NCBI GenBank assembly: GCA_963809895.1
Contig: CAWELD010000010.1
Location: 320,001 to 384,000 of the forward strand
Source of the DNA: an uncultured Gemmatimonadales bacterium
Lineage (GTDB): Bacteria > Gemmatimonadota > Gemmatimonadetes > Longimicrobiales > Gaopeijiaceae
DNA: 64,000 nucleotides
Reading direction: 5' to 3'
The translations under genes were made by a program, and so were the position numbers. Positions within the stretch are counted from its first letter, which is position 1. Every line of letters starts with the position of its first letter. Of the stretch, positions 1 through 9,946 are shown one piece after another. The notes beneath the pieces were generated by a model. The model was not told the origin of the DNA, searched no databases, and saw only the letters and a program-made list of their open reading frames with translations.

Positions 1-87
1 GGACGGCACAACCACGGAAAGGTCCGGAATCCGGGCATGATCCGGCCCTCCCGCGCCCGATGAGGCACCATCCGGGCGACCCCTCAT
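1..87 (-). CDS. Glycosyltransferase family 2, N-terminus only (runs off window)
   Basis: Manual translation MRGRPDG...IPDLSVVVPS; LSVVVP is a typical GT2 first beta-strand; lies downstream of another GT2. Confidence 0.5.
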   Translation of the reverse strand, partial: MRGRPDGASSGAGGPDHARIPDLSVVVPS

Positions 88-183
88 CGGCGTCGCCGGG
101 CGGTGCGCACCGAGGGCGGCGGCGCGCGCATCGAGTCTCCTGCCATGCGGTTCATCAAGGGCAAGCCTCGGACCAGCGGATGT

Positions 184-1084
184 TCACGGGCGGCGTTCGT
201 CCAGACCGGGGCCGCGCACAGCCCCCACGGCTTCGCCGGCCGCCCATGCCGCGGCCAGCGCCAGGAAGGGCAGTGTGCCGCGCAAGAAGGAGATGCGATG
301 GCCCGCCGTACCCAGGGCCACCCGGGCAGCCCGGGCGAAGAGCACCAGAGGGACGAATGGGCTGGGAATCAGGACGCGCGCCCTCGATTGGCCGTGCCGG
401 ACCCGGGCGGCTCCGTGATGCCTGCCGTGTCGAAAGCGGTGCCGCAGGATCACGCCCAGAGGATAGGAGGGTCCGAGCTCGGCGGTGGCGGGGGGCACGG
501 CCATGATCCTGCCGCCGTCCCGTTCGATCTCGTGATGGAGGTCCAGCTCCCAGAAGCCTCGGTGGTGACGGCCCACGAAGTCCCGGGCCTCGTCTCCACC
601 GTACGCCGCGTTGTCACCGGGCACGTCGGCCGCGGGGCGCGTGGCGCCGCGGGTCAGCGTCAGAAAGCGGGCGTAGCGCAGGTAGCAGACGGCTCGGTCC
701 AGGCCGCCCGCATCGGCAGCTGGGAACGATGCCGGCACCCGCGGCCCGCGCCCCCTCCTTCAGGGCCGACACCAGGGCCGTGGCCCAACCCGGAGGCACG
801 ATGCAGTGCCCGGTGGTGAGGGCGACGTACCGGCCCGAGCTGCGCCGGATGCCCTCGGCCCACAGTTCCGGCACCAGAGTGCCGGGACGGCGCGAGAGGA
901 CGGTCACCTCGGAGTCGTGGGCCCGGGCGAGAGCGGCCGAGCCGTCACCAGACGCGTCCACGACCAGGATTTCGGACTCGATCGCCGCGCAGCTTCGCGC
1001 CAGTGACGAGAGCGCCCGCTCGAGACTTCGTTCGGACTCGACGGAGGCGACGACGACGGTGAGGGTGGGGGAGGGCACCGTCAC
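184..1084 (-). CDS. Glycosyltransferase family 2 (frameshift near 730)
   Basis: LTVVVAS...EILVVDAS...GRYVALTTGHC in one frame; C-terminal half in ORF 184..738; GTG start overlaps upstream stop. Confidence 0.7.
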
Positions 1085-2721
1085 CGTTCCACGGGGTCCA
1101 GGGGCTTCGCGAGCAGGCGGCGCAACTCGCCGCAGGATGCGCCGCTCGGTCCTTCGGGCCGCAGCCGCACCAGGACGGCGCGATTTCCGAAGGTGCGGAC
1201 GAGGTCGAAGTCCGCGCACGCATCCATGATTCGTTCGGCGGCCTGGAAGGTGTCCGGTCCGGGGACCCAGCCGAAGAACACGTACTGCACTCCGGCGGCT
1301 TCGAGACTGGTCCGAAGGGAGGCCTCGCCCCGCATGACACGGTAGGCCGGGAGCACCGGGTGGTCGGAGACGTAGGTGAAGGTCGCATCCTTGATGGAGA
1401 CGACCGGCTCGCCCCGGGGCATGGAGTCCCGGATGAAGTCGAGACCGTCGAAGAACGCCTGTTGGGCGGGAAGGTGGCATGACTCGCCGCTCCCCTCCTC
1501 GTCACACACCCCGTTCGCGGAGGCCATCAACTGCAGATCGCGGCGCGATGCACACAACACCAGCAACAACGCCACGGCCAGGGTGAACGCTCCCCGTCTG
1601 GCCTTCGACACGACGCTTGCGGCCCCCACGATGACGCTCAGCACGATGAGCGGCAGGATGGGCACGAGAAACCGGTCGAGCACCCAGGGCCAGACCAACA
1701 GCAGGCCGACGTAGGTCGTCAGGTAGAGTCCCGCTCCGCGCCAACGGCGCCAGACCACCACGAACCCCACGGCCCCGAACCCGAACAAGAGTCCGATCCC
1801 GACAATGTTGTCGATGGGTGTTCCGGCGATGTGAGGGAGTCCGAAGGCCACGGGGACCTCGTGGGTTCCGTAGCGGACCACGCCGTGCGCCATTCTGTGG
1901 ATCAGGACCCGGAGCGGGCCCGGCGAAGCCTCCGACACGCCGGCGGTGGCGAGCGCGTCGGCGATGTAGGACCGGCCGACGACACGATTTCCCGCCACCA
2001 CCGTCCACAGCAACCAGCTTCCCACGGTGGCCGATGCGGTCACGAGCAGGAGAGCCGCGGCCTTCCAGCGGCGCTCGAGCAGCCAGAGAAGGAACAGCGC
2101 CGCGAGCATCGTCACACCGATGCTGCGCGTGAGCGCCGCCAGGATGGCGAGGGCTCCGGCCGAGGCCAACCAACCGGCGCTCCGCGGCTTGACGGCGAGG
2201 ATCCAGAGGACGCCGACGGTGAGCGCCGTGTAGGGCGCGTCCGCCAGCACGTTGGCCGCCGGGCCGATGGGGTAGAGCCACGCCGGAACGAGGGCGGCGA
2301 CGCCCAGCGTGGCGACGGCCACGGTTGGAGACCACAGCCGCCGGGCCACGTCGAACACCATGGCCAGGGCAACGAGCGAGAAGGCGAGGTTGGCAATGAT
2401 GAACAGCGTCCAGCGCTCGCCGAACAAGCTGCTGATCACCGCCAGGAAGAACGGATATCCCGGAGGATACTGCGTGTGGTAGGGCGCCCCCAGGATGTGC
2501 CAATCCAGGTACTGGAAGGACCGGAGCGAGCGAGCCAGGAGGATGTACTGAGCGTCGTCGTTCCGGACGCGCGGGCCCGGAAAGTGGAAATGCCAGGCCA
2601 GGACGGCGAACAGGACCAACGTGGCCGCGCCGCAAAACAGAGCCCAACCGGGCGTGGGCTCGGTGGGCTCATGTGCGGAACTGACCGGTGCGCCGGGGGG
2701 GCTCGGACGGTGGGCACGCAT
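1081..2721 (-). CDS. Membrane glycosyltransferase, GT-C fold (ArnT/PMT-like)
   Basis: Multi-TM protein with NDDAQYILLARSL and YPPGYP motifs. Confidence 0.75.
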   Translation of the reverse strand: MRAHRPSPPGAPVSSAHEPTEPTPGWALFCGAATLVLFAVLAWHFHFPGPRVRNDDAQYILLARSLRSFQYLDWHILGAPYHTQYPPGYPFFLAVISSLFGERWTLFIIANLAFSLVALAMVFDVARRLWSPTVAVATLGVAALVPAWLYPIGPAANVLADAPYTALTVGVLWILAVKPRSAGWLASAGALAILAALTRSIGVTMLAALFLLWLLERRWKAAALLLVTASATVGSWLLWTVVAGNRVVGRSYIADALATAGVSEASPGPLRVLIHRMAHGVVRYGTHEVPVAFGLPHIAGTPIDNIVGIGLLFGFGAVGFVVVWRRWRGAGLYLTTYVGLLLVWPWVLDRFLVPILPLIVLSVIVGAASVVSKARRGAFTLAVALLLVLCASRRDLQLMASANGVCDEEGSGESCHLPAQQAFFDGLDFIRDSMPRGEPVVSIKDATFTYVSDHPVLPAYRVMRGEASLRTSLEAAGVQYVFFGWVPGPDTFQAAERIMDACADFDLVRTFGNRAVLVRLRPEGPSGASCGELRRLLAKPLDPVER

Positions 2722-2818
2722 CCCTTCACAGTACTGCCGGAAGGGCTCTACGGGCCAGGGTCGAGCCTGGCCGTGGCGCCGGGCCCCGATGACGGTTCGG
2801 GGCCCGGCCCCCTCGGCG

Positions 2819-3523
2819 TCAGTTCTTCGTCATGCGCAGGTTCGTGACCAGACCCTCGGTGTTGTGACCGAATCGGATCCCGTAGGCGCCGTCGGTGGAT
2901 GCGAGCTTGCCCTGGGTCACGACATCGGCCTTGTCGTAGCTGGCCACCACCGTGCCGTTGATGGAGCACGACACCGTGGATCCCTTGACCGACATGGCGA
3001 TCTCCTGGGACACGGGCTCACCCTGGCCGGCGGCCTTGTGTACGGCGTCGTTGGCCTCACCGCGTCGCCCGTTCATCTGGAAGGGCTCCGGACCGAATCC
3101 CCGGACGATGAAGGTGCCGTTCCCGTAGGCCGCGCAGTAGAGGTAGGTCTCCTGGGGAGTGCCCATGCCGCTGCCGGCGATGACGAGGCCGTAGGGATGG
3201 GGATGGTCGTTGCGGTTCATGTACTGCGGCTCGGTGAACGTCGCCGACACCGTGTAGTCGCCGCTGGCCTGGTTGGCCGGGTTCCAGTAGGTGATGGCGG
3301 GGCCCGTGGTCACGTGCAGCGCATCGCCGTCCTGCGCGAGCTTGGAATCCTGCACGGTGTGGCCCGCCTGGACGTCCGACGGGGCGAGCGTGCCCATCCA
3401 GCCTGCCACCGAGATTCCTCCGTCGGTGATCTTGCGCGTGGTTTCCTGGGCGTGCACGGGGGCCGTCGCGGCGCCCAGTGTGAGACAGGTGACGGCGAGC
3501 AATGAAACGCTCGTGCGGTGCAT
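2819..3523 (-). CDS. Secreted hypothetical beta-rich protein
   Basis: Signal peptide MHRTSVSLLAVTCLTLGAATAPVHA-Q; GAGG RBS; strong coding-like codon bias. Confidence 0.75.
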   Translation of the reverse strand: MHRTSVSLLAVTCLTLGAATAPVHAQETTRKITDGGISVAGWMGTLAPSDVQAGHTVQDSKLAQDGDALHVTTGPAITYWNPANQASGDYTVSATFTEPQYMNRNDHPHPYGLVIAGSGMGTPQETYLYCAAYGNGTFIVRGFGPEPFQMNGRRGEANDAVHKAAGQGEPVSQEIAMSVKGSTVSCSINGTVVASYDKADVVTQGKLASTDGAYGIRFGHNTEGLVTNLRMTKN

Positions 3524-3691
3524 GGTGCCTCCTCTCAGCGGGAAGGGTTTGGACTGCCGAGCCACGACACGGGTACAGAGTCGCGCCCGAAGTCGCCATG
3601 GTTTCCAGTACGGACTCGCCTTCGCGGATCCACGGCTCCAGGTTCCTCGGGCGAACCCGATCAGCTCCTCTCCCCTAACGCGGAAGGCGTC

Positions 3692-4666
3692 ATGGAGTTC
3701 CAGGACCTCACCCTCGGCGACCTGCGCGACCTGTCCCAGATGACCGTGCTCGTGGCGGTGTGTGCCGACGCCGGGCTGTTTCGAGCGCTCGCCGAAGCGC
3801 CGGTCACGCCCGGCGTTCTCGCGGCGCGGTTGGGCATCGACCGTCGGGCCACCCGCATCGTACTGCAGGCGCTGGTGGAGACGGGGCTTCTCGTGGAGGA
3901 GGGTGGGGCGTTCCGGCCCGGACCGCGGTGCCGCCGGGAGCTGTGCGACCCCGACGACTCGGCGTATGTCGCCGGGGGATTGCCCCATTGGCTCGAGACG
4001 GTGCGGGCCTGGACGCACCTGGGTGAGGTGTTGAAGCGGGGAGGTCCGCTGGAGCCCGGCGCGCTGGACGACGATCCGGAGTCGCTGGCGCACTACATGG
4101 CCGCCATGGCGGCGGCACCGGCCGCACGCGTCGAGCGACTCGTGGACCTCTGCCTGGCCCGCAATCCCGGGGCGCGCTCGATCCTCGACCTCGGCGGCGG
4201 GCCCGGGCACATGACCAGGGCCTTCGTCGCCCGTGGGCTGAAAGGCACGCTCTTCGATCGCCGCCACATTCTCGATCACGTGGTCCAGGCCTATGGGCTG
4301 GACCGCGTCGAGGGGCTCGAGACGGTGGCCGGGGACGCTCCCGGCGACCCGCTCCCGGAGGGCCCTTTCGACATCGTCCTGCTCTCCAACGTGGTCCACA
4401 TCCACTCGTCCGACGTGAATCGGGCCCTGCTCGCCCAGGTGGCGCGCGTCACCCGCGAAGGCGGTGTGGTGGCGGTGGCGGACATGCTCCGGGGGCGGAG
4501 CGGCCGGGCGGCCCGTTTCGGCGTGCAGATGCTCCTCATGACCGACGAGGGCGACGCGTATTCCGCCGACGACATCCGGGGATGGATCGAGCCGGAGGGG
4601 TTCGGCGACGTCCAGGTCGAGGACCTGGAGCCGGATCGGCAGCTTCTCACGGCGGTGAAGGGGTGA
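3692..4666 (+). CDS. SAM-dependent O-methyltransferase (dimerisation domain + Methyltransf_2)
   Basis: ILDLGGGPG motif I, FDIVLLSNVVH, N-terminal wHTH-like region. Confidence 0.85.
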   Translation: MEFQDLTLGDLRDLSQMTVLVAVCADAGLFRALAEAPVTPGVLAARLGIDRRATRIVLQALVETGLLVEEGGAFRPGPRCRRELCDPDDSAYVAGGLPHWLETVRAWTHLGEVLKRGGPLEPGALDDDPESLAHYMAAMAAAPAARVERLVDLCLARNPGARSILDLGGGPGHMTRAFVARGLKGTLFDRRHILDHVVQAYGLDRVEGLETVAGDAPGDPLPEGPFDIVLLSNVVHIHSSDVNRALLAQVARVTREGGVVAVADMLRGRSGRAARFGVQMLLMTDEGDAYSADDIRGWIEPEGFGDVQVEDLEPDRQLLTAVKG

Positions 4667-4703
4667 CCGGAAGGCCCCGCCGGGACGAGGCGGCTCGCGG
4701 ACA

Positions 4704-4944
4704 TCAGTCGGACCTCAGACTCCGGACCGGGTCGATGCTCGCAGCCCGCAGGGCAGGCGCCGAGCAGGCCGCGGCGGCTGCCGACAGGAGCAGGGCCACG
4801 ACGATTCCCGGGGTGAGTGGGTCGTACGCGGACACCTGGTAGGGGAGCGTCGACAGCACGCGGCAGCAGGCTGCCCAGGCTCAGGGTCTTCAGGATGATC
4901 ATGTCCAGGGTGCCCTGGATGATGTCGGTATTCGGCTCGGTCAT
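4704..4944 (-). pseudogene. Deletion scar: PadR N-terminus joined out of frame to the C-terminus of an ABC permease (ADOP/FtsX-like)
   Basis: RBS + MTEPNTDIIQGTLDMIILKTLSLG, then in another frame VLSTLPYQVSAYDPLT...APALRAASIDPVRSLRSD*. Confidence 0.7.
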
Positions 4945-4986
4945 TCCTTCCCTCTGCTCCTGGGCGTCCTCGGGGACGTGACGAAC

Positions 4987-5173
4987 CAGTCCTGGTGTTT
5001 GCAGCCACGGAGCGGTACGGCCGGGGTGCCGGGCGGCGGACGCCATGACAGTCCTGGTGTTTGCAGCCACGGAGCGATGCGGCCGAGGGTCCGGGCGGCG
5101 GACACCATGACAGTCCTGGTGTTTGCAGCCGCGCAGCAAAGCGGCCGAGGTCTCGGGCGGCGAACACCATGAC
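4987..5173. repeat. Tandem repeat, 3 x 62 bp
   Basis: CAGTCCTGGTGTTTGCAGCC starts at 4987, 5049, 5111; intervening sequences are also similar. Confidence 0.9.
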
Positions 5174-5321
5174 CACATCTTGATTGTCATGGGATGATTG
5201 TCAGGGCATAGGATACACGCTGCAGCGCCCCGGGGGGATCTTGCGCTCGCTCCCGGGGGGCTGCCCCTTGCCCACGTTCCACCTCACATCCGCGCCTTCC
5301 TCCTCTCCGCACCGGTCCCGT

Positions 5322-5855
5322 ATGGATATCCTCCTGGCCAGCCCGATCCTGGGCCCGATCCTGATCTTCCTGCTCCGCATCTGCGATGTTTCGCTGGGGA
5401 CGCTGCGCATGATCCTGGTGCTCAGGGGCGCCAGGACCTGGGTGCCGGTCCTCGCCGCCGTCGAGTCGCTGATCTGGGTCCTGGCCGTGGGGAGCGCGAT
5501 CCGCAACCTGACCAGTCCTCTCCACCTCGCGGGCTACGCCGGCGGATACGCCACGGGCAACCTGGTCGGGATGTGGCTGGAGGGGAAGCTGGCCCTCGGC
5601 CTCGCCACGCTCCGCGTATTTTCGAAGGGCAGCGGAGTGGAGGTGGCCGAGGCGCTTCGCGAGAACGGGGTGGGCGCCACCGAGTTCGTGGGGCAGGGAC
5701 GGGAAGGGCGCGTGGAGATGATCTACAGCGTGGTGAAGCGCCGTCACGTCGTCAGCGCGATCAAGGTCGTCGAGGCCCGGGACCCCGACGCATTCATCGC
5801 CGTCGACGAGCCGCGGGTGGTGCGCCGCGGTCAGTTCCTCATGAAGCGGCGGTAG
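5322..5855 (+). CDS. UPF0316 (DUF5698/DUF2179) membrane protein
   Basis: IFLLRICDVSLGTLR, YAGGYATGNLVG, DPDAFI motifs. Confidence 0.85.
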   Translation: MDILLASPILGPILIFLLRICDVSLGTLRMILVLRGARTWVPVLAAVESLIWVLAVGSAIRNLTSPLHLAGYAGGYATGNLVGMWLEGKLALGLATLRVFSKGSGVEVAEALRENGVGATEFVGQGREGRVEMIYSVVKRRHVVSAIKVVEARDPDAFIAVDEPRVVRRGQFLMKRR

Positions 5856-5940
5856 CTGGCCCCGGGGGGCTTGAACCGCCTCCAGGCAGATGATATATAG
5901 AGTGGCGGTATGTCGACACTCTGAATATCAAGGAGCGCGG

Positions 5941-7071
5941 ATGCGACGGGTCCTACCCGGTGTGGTCGTGGTGCTCGTGGGTTGTGGTGGCGGTGGTGGT
6001 GATGTCTCCGTTGGCGGGGTCGCGGCGGACTCGGCGGGGGTGCGGGTCTGGTCGATCCCCGCGGGCGAGCATCCGGCGGAGCTCGCGGTGGAGCGTGTGC
6101 ACGGCTTCGCTCTGCCCGATTCGGGCTGGACCGTGTGGACCGACGGCATCGCGGCGGACCCCGAAGCCGGCATCGTATACGTGCTCGACGAGACCGCGGC
6201 GCGGGTCCTGGCATTCGGAGTCGACGGCCGCTTCCTGCGCCAGGTCGGTCGCAAGGGGCAGGGCCCCGACGAGTATCAGGATCCCACCGCGATCACCGTC
6301 GACGACGACGGCAATCTGGTCGTGTTCGATCCCGGTACCGGCTCCGTCCGCCGCTGGTCTCGTGAGGGAGAGTACCTTCCTAGCGAACCCCTGGAGCCCG
6401 GATTCTGGGGGCCGGGGCTGGCCGCGTCGCCACGCGGGTTGGTATACGCGACCGCTTCCGGCGAGGAAACGGGCACCATGATCGAGGCACTCGTGTCGGT
6501 GGGCCCTGACGGTGTGGATACCCTCTCCACGGTGGAGTCGTACTGGAAGCCCCTGGAGATGCCGTGTGGCCGCGTATCCGTGCCCGAGGTCTTCTCCCTC
6601 GGGTCGGTGTGGGGTGCGCGGGGGTCGCTGGTGGCGAGCGCGTCTGTGCCGCGCTACGAGGTGACCGTTCGAGGAGGCGGCGCCCCCCGCACCATCTACC
6701 GTTGGGACGTCCCGCCCCGGGCCATCGACCGGGAGGAGGCGGAGGCGTTCGTGGTGGCCGGGCCGCTCAGCTTTCTGGTCGAGCACTGCGGTATGACGGC
6801 GGCGGCCGTGGCCGAACGGGCCGGGTGGGTCGAAGAAGTGAGCCCGATCTTCCTCCTGAGTCTGGACGGGGCCGACAGGGTCTGGGCTGCCCGGGGAGTC
6901 GCACCCGAGGTGGAGGCCATCGACGTCTTCGATCCGGACGAAGGCTACCTGGGGACCCTGCGATCCCCCGCCTTTCCCGTGCTCTTCCTCGACGACAGCC
7001 GGTATCTGACCATCCTGCCGTCGGACTTCGGGAGCACGGTGGAGCTGTGGAGGGTGGTGCCGGAGGGGTAG
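5941..7071 (+). CDS. 6-bladed beta-propeller (NHL-like) lipoprotein
   Basis: Lipobox-like LVGC; GRKGQGPDEYQDP motif; AGGAG RBS. Confidence 0.75.
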   Translation: MRRVLPGVVVVLVGCGGGGGDVSVGGVAADSAGVRVWSIPAGEHPAELAVERVHGFALPDSGWTVWTDGIAADPEAGIVYVLDETAARVLAFGVDGRFLRQVGRKGQGPDEYQDPTAITVDDDGNLVVFDPGTGSVRRWSREGEYLPSEPLEPGFWGPGLAASPRGLVYATASGEETGTMIEALVSVGPDGVDTLSTVESYWKPLEMPCGRVSVPEVFSLGSVWGARGSLVASASVPRYEVTVRGGGAPRTIYRWDVPPRAIDREEAEAFVVAGPLSFLVEHCGMTAAAVAERAGWVEEVSPIFLLSLDGADRVWAARGVAPEVEAIDVFDPDEGYLGTLRSPAFPVLFLDDSRYLTILPSDFGSTVELWRVVPEG

Positions 7072-7243
7072 GTCCAGCCGGGGCGCTGAGGGGCTCCTCG
7101 ATCGAGTAGACCTGTGTTGGGAAATCCCCCGCGGTGCTGAACCACGGTTGCTGGCGCGCTGCCTCCACAGCGGCTGCCCTTCGGAAGGTCAGTTACGTCG
7201 CCGCTTCTTCCCGCAGTCGGCACCCCCAGGCACGTGCTGCCAG

Positions 7244-8443
7244 CTACCGAGCATATGTCCGCAGCTCGACCTCGGGATACTCCCAGGTGCTGGGCGATTC
7301 TTCCTGTTGAATCGACTTTGGCCAGAGCAGGTCGAGCGGCTGCCCCAGGAGTCGGTTCGCGAAGAACTCCTGGGCGTAGTCGTCCGTGATCTGGTTCACG
7401 CGCTCGGCCAGAACCTCCCGGCGATGCCGTTCCAACCAGTCCCGTGGTGCGTACCTACGGTAGATGTACAGCATGTCGCCGACCGAGGCGTGCCACGCGC
7501 CGTGGATCACCATTTCGTGGACCGTCGTGCCAGGTCGACCAGGACGGTATTGTGTGCCGAGCAACTCGGCTCGGTTGGCGCCCCCGATGATGTAGAGCAG
7601 GTCGCCCCCCGTGACCTTCAACGGCCGGTCCGCATCTCGGTAGACCTGCCCTTCCCAACTGACGGCGGCGGTCACCCTGGGGTCGCGCTGAAGCGTCCAT
7701 GCTGCTGCTGCGCCGCCGAGCGAATGGCCCATGTATCCAACTCCTCGCGTGAGATCCAGACGGCCGCTGAAGAGGTCCCCGGGTGCCCGCCCGCGACGTT
7801 CCAGTTCGTCCAGGACCTTCCCGGCGTCCAGGACCATGTCATTCACGACGCCCATCAGCACGTCCCCGCGCTGTTCTTCCGTCTCCCAACGTGGTCCAGA
7901 GAAGGGAAGCGCCCGCCCATCCGGCAGGACCGTGAGCGCTTCCTCGTATGGGGGGCTGATCGCGGCCACGATCCAGCCCATGCTCGCCAGGAATTCGAGG
8001 TTGGTTTGGTAGTTCTCGACCGGGAAGGACCGTCCGGGCGAGAAGAGCAGCACTGGCCATCGTGCCTTGTCCCCTGACATCGGAGCGCCGACGTACGTGT
8101 GAGTTCGAATCCGGCTCTCGAACCCATCGGCTGCGGGCATGTTGTCCCGCCAGGCGTCCGCGGTGCGAGAGTCCATGTACGGCTTGGTCGGGCCGTTCGT
8201 CATTTCGGCTGGATACCAGACTCGTACCAGGATCGGTCGGAAATCGCCTTTCGCAGGTGAGATCGTATCAGGTCGTGTGGAATCGGTGACGAGGAACGAG
8301 CGCATGCCCGGCGCGTATGGCCCCCAGGGTGCCGGCAACTCGATATCGACGGGATTGGACTCCTGGCCGACGGCCGTGGACACTCCTGCGAAGACCGCAA
8401 CAGCGACGTGAAGGATGCACGCGAGGCAGCGCTTGAACTGCAT
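7244..8443 (-). CDS. Secreted alpha/beta hydrolase (PAF-acetylhydrolase-like)
   Basis: VRVWYPA, PVLLFSPG, nucleophile GHSLGG; signal peptide. Confidence 0.85.
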   Translation of the reverse strand: MQFKRCLACILHVAVAVFAGVSTAVGQESNPVDIELPAPWGPYAPGMRSFLVTDSTRPDTISPAKGDFRPILVRVWYPAEMTNGPTKPYMDSRTADAWRDNMPAADGFESRIRTHTYVGAPMSGDKARWPVLLFSPGRSFPVENYQTNLEFLASMGWIVAAISPPYEEALTVLPDGRALPFSGPRWETEEQRGDVLMGVVNDMVLDAGKVLDELERRGRAPGDLFSGRLDLTRGVGYMGHSLGGAAAAWTLQRDPRVTAAVSWEGQVYRDADRPLKVTGGDLLYIIGGANRAELLGTQYRPGRPGTTVHEMVIHGAWHASVGDMLYIYRRYAPRDWLERHRREVLAERVNQITDDYAQEFFANRLLGQPLDLLWPKSIQQEESPSTWEYPEVELRTYAR

Positions 8444-8629
8444 GGGGCCTCACCTCTTGGTTGGTAGGTCTGCCGCGGCCGAGGGTCGGTCGCATTCGGG
8501 CTTGAGTGGCCGGCAACACACGGGAGGTTTAGTGTGGGCCTCGGGCCAACTGAGTTCCCATCGATCAAAGTGGCCACGTAGTGAGTGACGCCCGCCATGC
8601 CCGGCGAAACTGTGGGTTGGTAGTGTCGA

Positions 8630-9157
8630 TCAACCCGCCGGTGTCAGCCTCTTGGTTGCGAACAGCTCCCATTCCCCCGTCGCGGCCTGGGCCCGCAGGA
8701 CCATGTCCCATTCCCCTGCGTCCTCGTGCCAGGTGAACGTGTTCGTGAACGGTCCGGTCGGGTAGTCGAAGCGAAAGACGATGGTGTTGTCACGCCGTGT
8801 ACCAACCCCCATGGTCCGGGAAGACGGCACGCCGAACGTATCGAAGAGAAACATGATGTACTGCCCGGTATCCGCATCGTATCCGAGCATGTAGATCGCC
8901 TCGTACGGCTGGGCGGATCCGGTCTTGGGCCCTGTGTCGGTGAAGTGGATCTGAACGAACTGGCCCTGCAAGACGTTGGTCGCCACCACCCGTTGGCGGA
9001 GAGGCGTCGCACCCATGGTGCCGCTGAGGGTCCATGAGCCGAGGAGGTGGTCCAGAAGATCGTCAGCCGAAGACGGGAGAGGATTTGGCGACGGTAGCCA
9101 GGCCACGGCCAGGGGGATGCAGCTGAGGGTCAGGATGCCGCTTCGTGGGCGACGCAT
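8630..9157 (-). CDS. DUF1579-like secreted protein
   Basis: LLGSWT...G, MLGYD...YIMFLFDTFG pattern. Confidence 0.6.
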   Translation of the reverse strand: MRRPRSGILTLSCIPLAVAWLPSPNPLPSSADDLLDHLLGSWTLSGTMGATPLRQRVVATNVLQGQFVQIHFTDTGPKTGSAQPYEAIYMLGYDADTGQYIMFLFDTFGVPSSRTMGVGTRRDNTIVFRFDYPTGPFTNTFTWHEDAGEWDMVLRAQAATGEWELFATKRLTPAG

Positions 9158-9175
9158 GAAAGTCCTCCACATGAG

Positions 9176-9612
9176 CTATTCTCGACGGGTCCGAGCGGGG
9201 CCTGGTGAGGAGACTTGACCACCCTCGTTCGTCCGGGGAAGGGCTCCGCGTTTCTCGGCTAACACCAGGACGTCTTCAAGTCGGGCACTCTCGGCGCGGA
9301 GCAGGTCCCACCCGGCTGGTGTGAGACCATAGTACTTCCGCCTCCTTCCGGGGTGAGGCCTGGCAGGAACCCGCTGGGGCGCAGCTCCTGACTACCAGAT
9401 CGGCCTTTCGCAGCCGAGTGAGGGCCCGATAGAGGACTCCGATTTCCGGAGACACGCGACCCCGAGACTCGAGGATGACCGCCTTTCTGATGGCATAGCC
9501 GTACAGATTTCCTTCAGCGAGAACGAGCAGGATGTGGTACTCCAATGGCGTCAACGAGACCGCCCTATTCCCGTTCCTGCGGCGCGTTCTGATTCCCGGC
9601 AACCCGGCCATC
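9176..9612 (-). CDS. PadR family regulator (frameshift near 9360; start uncertain)
   Basis: YHILLVLAEGNLYGYAI...GVLYRALTRL, then shifted HPGRRRKYYGLTPAG. Confidence 0.7.
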
Positions 9613-9946
9613 CTCGGGCCCGTCCGAGCCCGGCGTGCGTCGAGCCACCCGGCGAAGTCATCACTGTCCGTGCGTTGGTCACGTTCCACTTGTTGCCGCT
9701 GACGGGCTCGGGGTTTAGTCGGGGGGACCGGACGTGCTCGGCAGATGTCCCAGACCTCCGAGGTGTAGCCGCTCCTCTCGATTCGAGGTGCACTAAACCT
9801 CGATCCCTTCGGGGGCCACCAACACGAAACCGATGATTAGATTTCCACCTGCTCGGACGAGGTCATGACCTGGAGCGGGACTGTCACCAAGTGGTGCTGG
9901 GCCGAACCGGCCGAGGGCACCCTCATCGAAGTCCAATCGAGGATCC

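Noticed and set aside
4987..5173. Mini CRISPR array
   Set aside because: The would-be spacers are similar to each other and there are no cas genes.
9799..9821. tRNA-like 3' end CTCGATCCCTTCGGGGGCCACCA as an att site
   Set aside because: No matching tRNA or second copy in the window, and no cloverleaf upstream.
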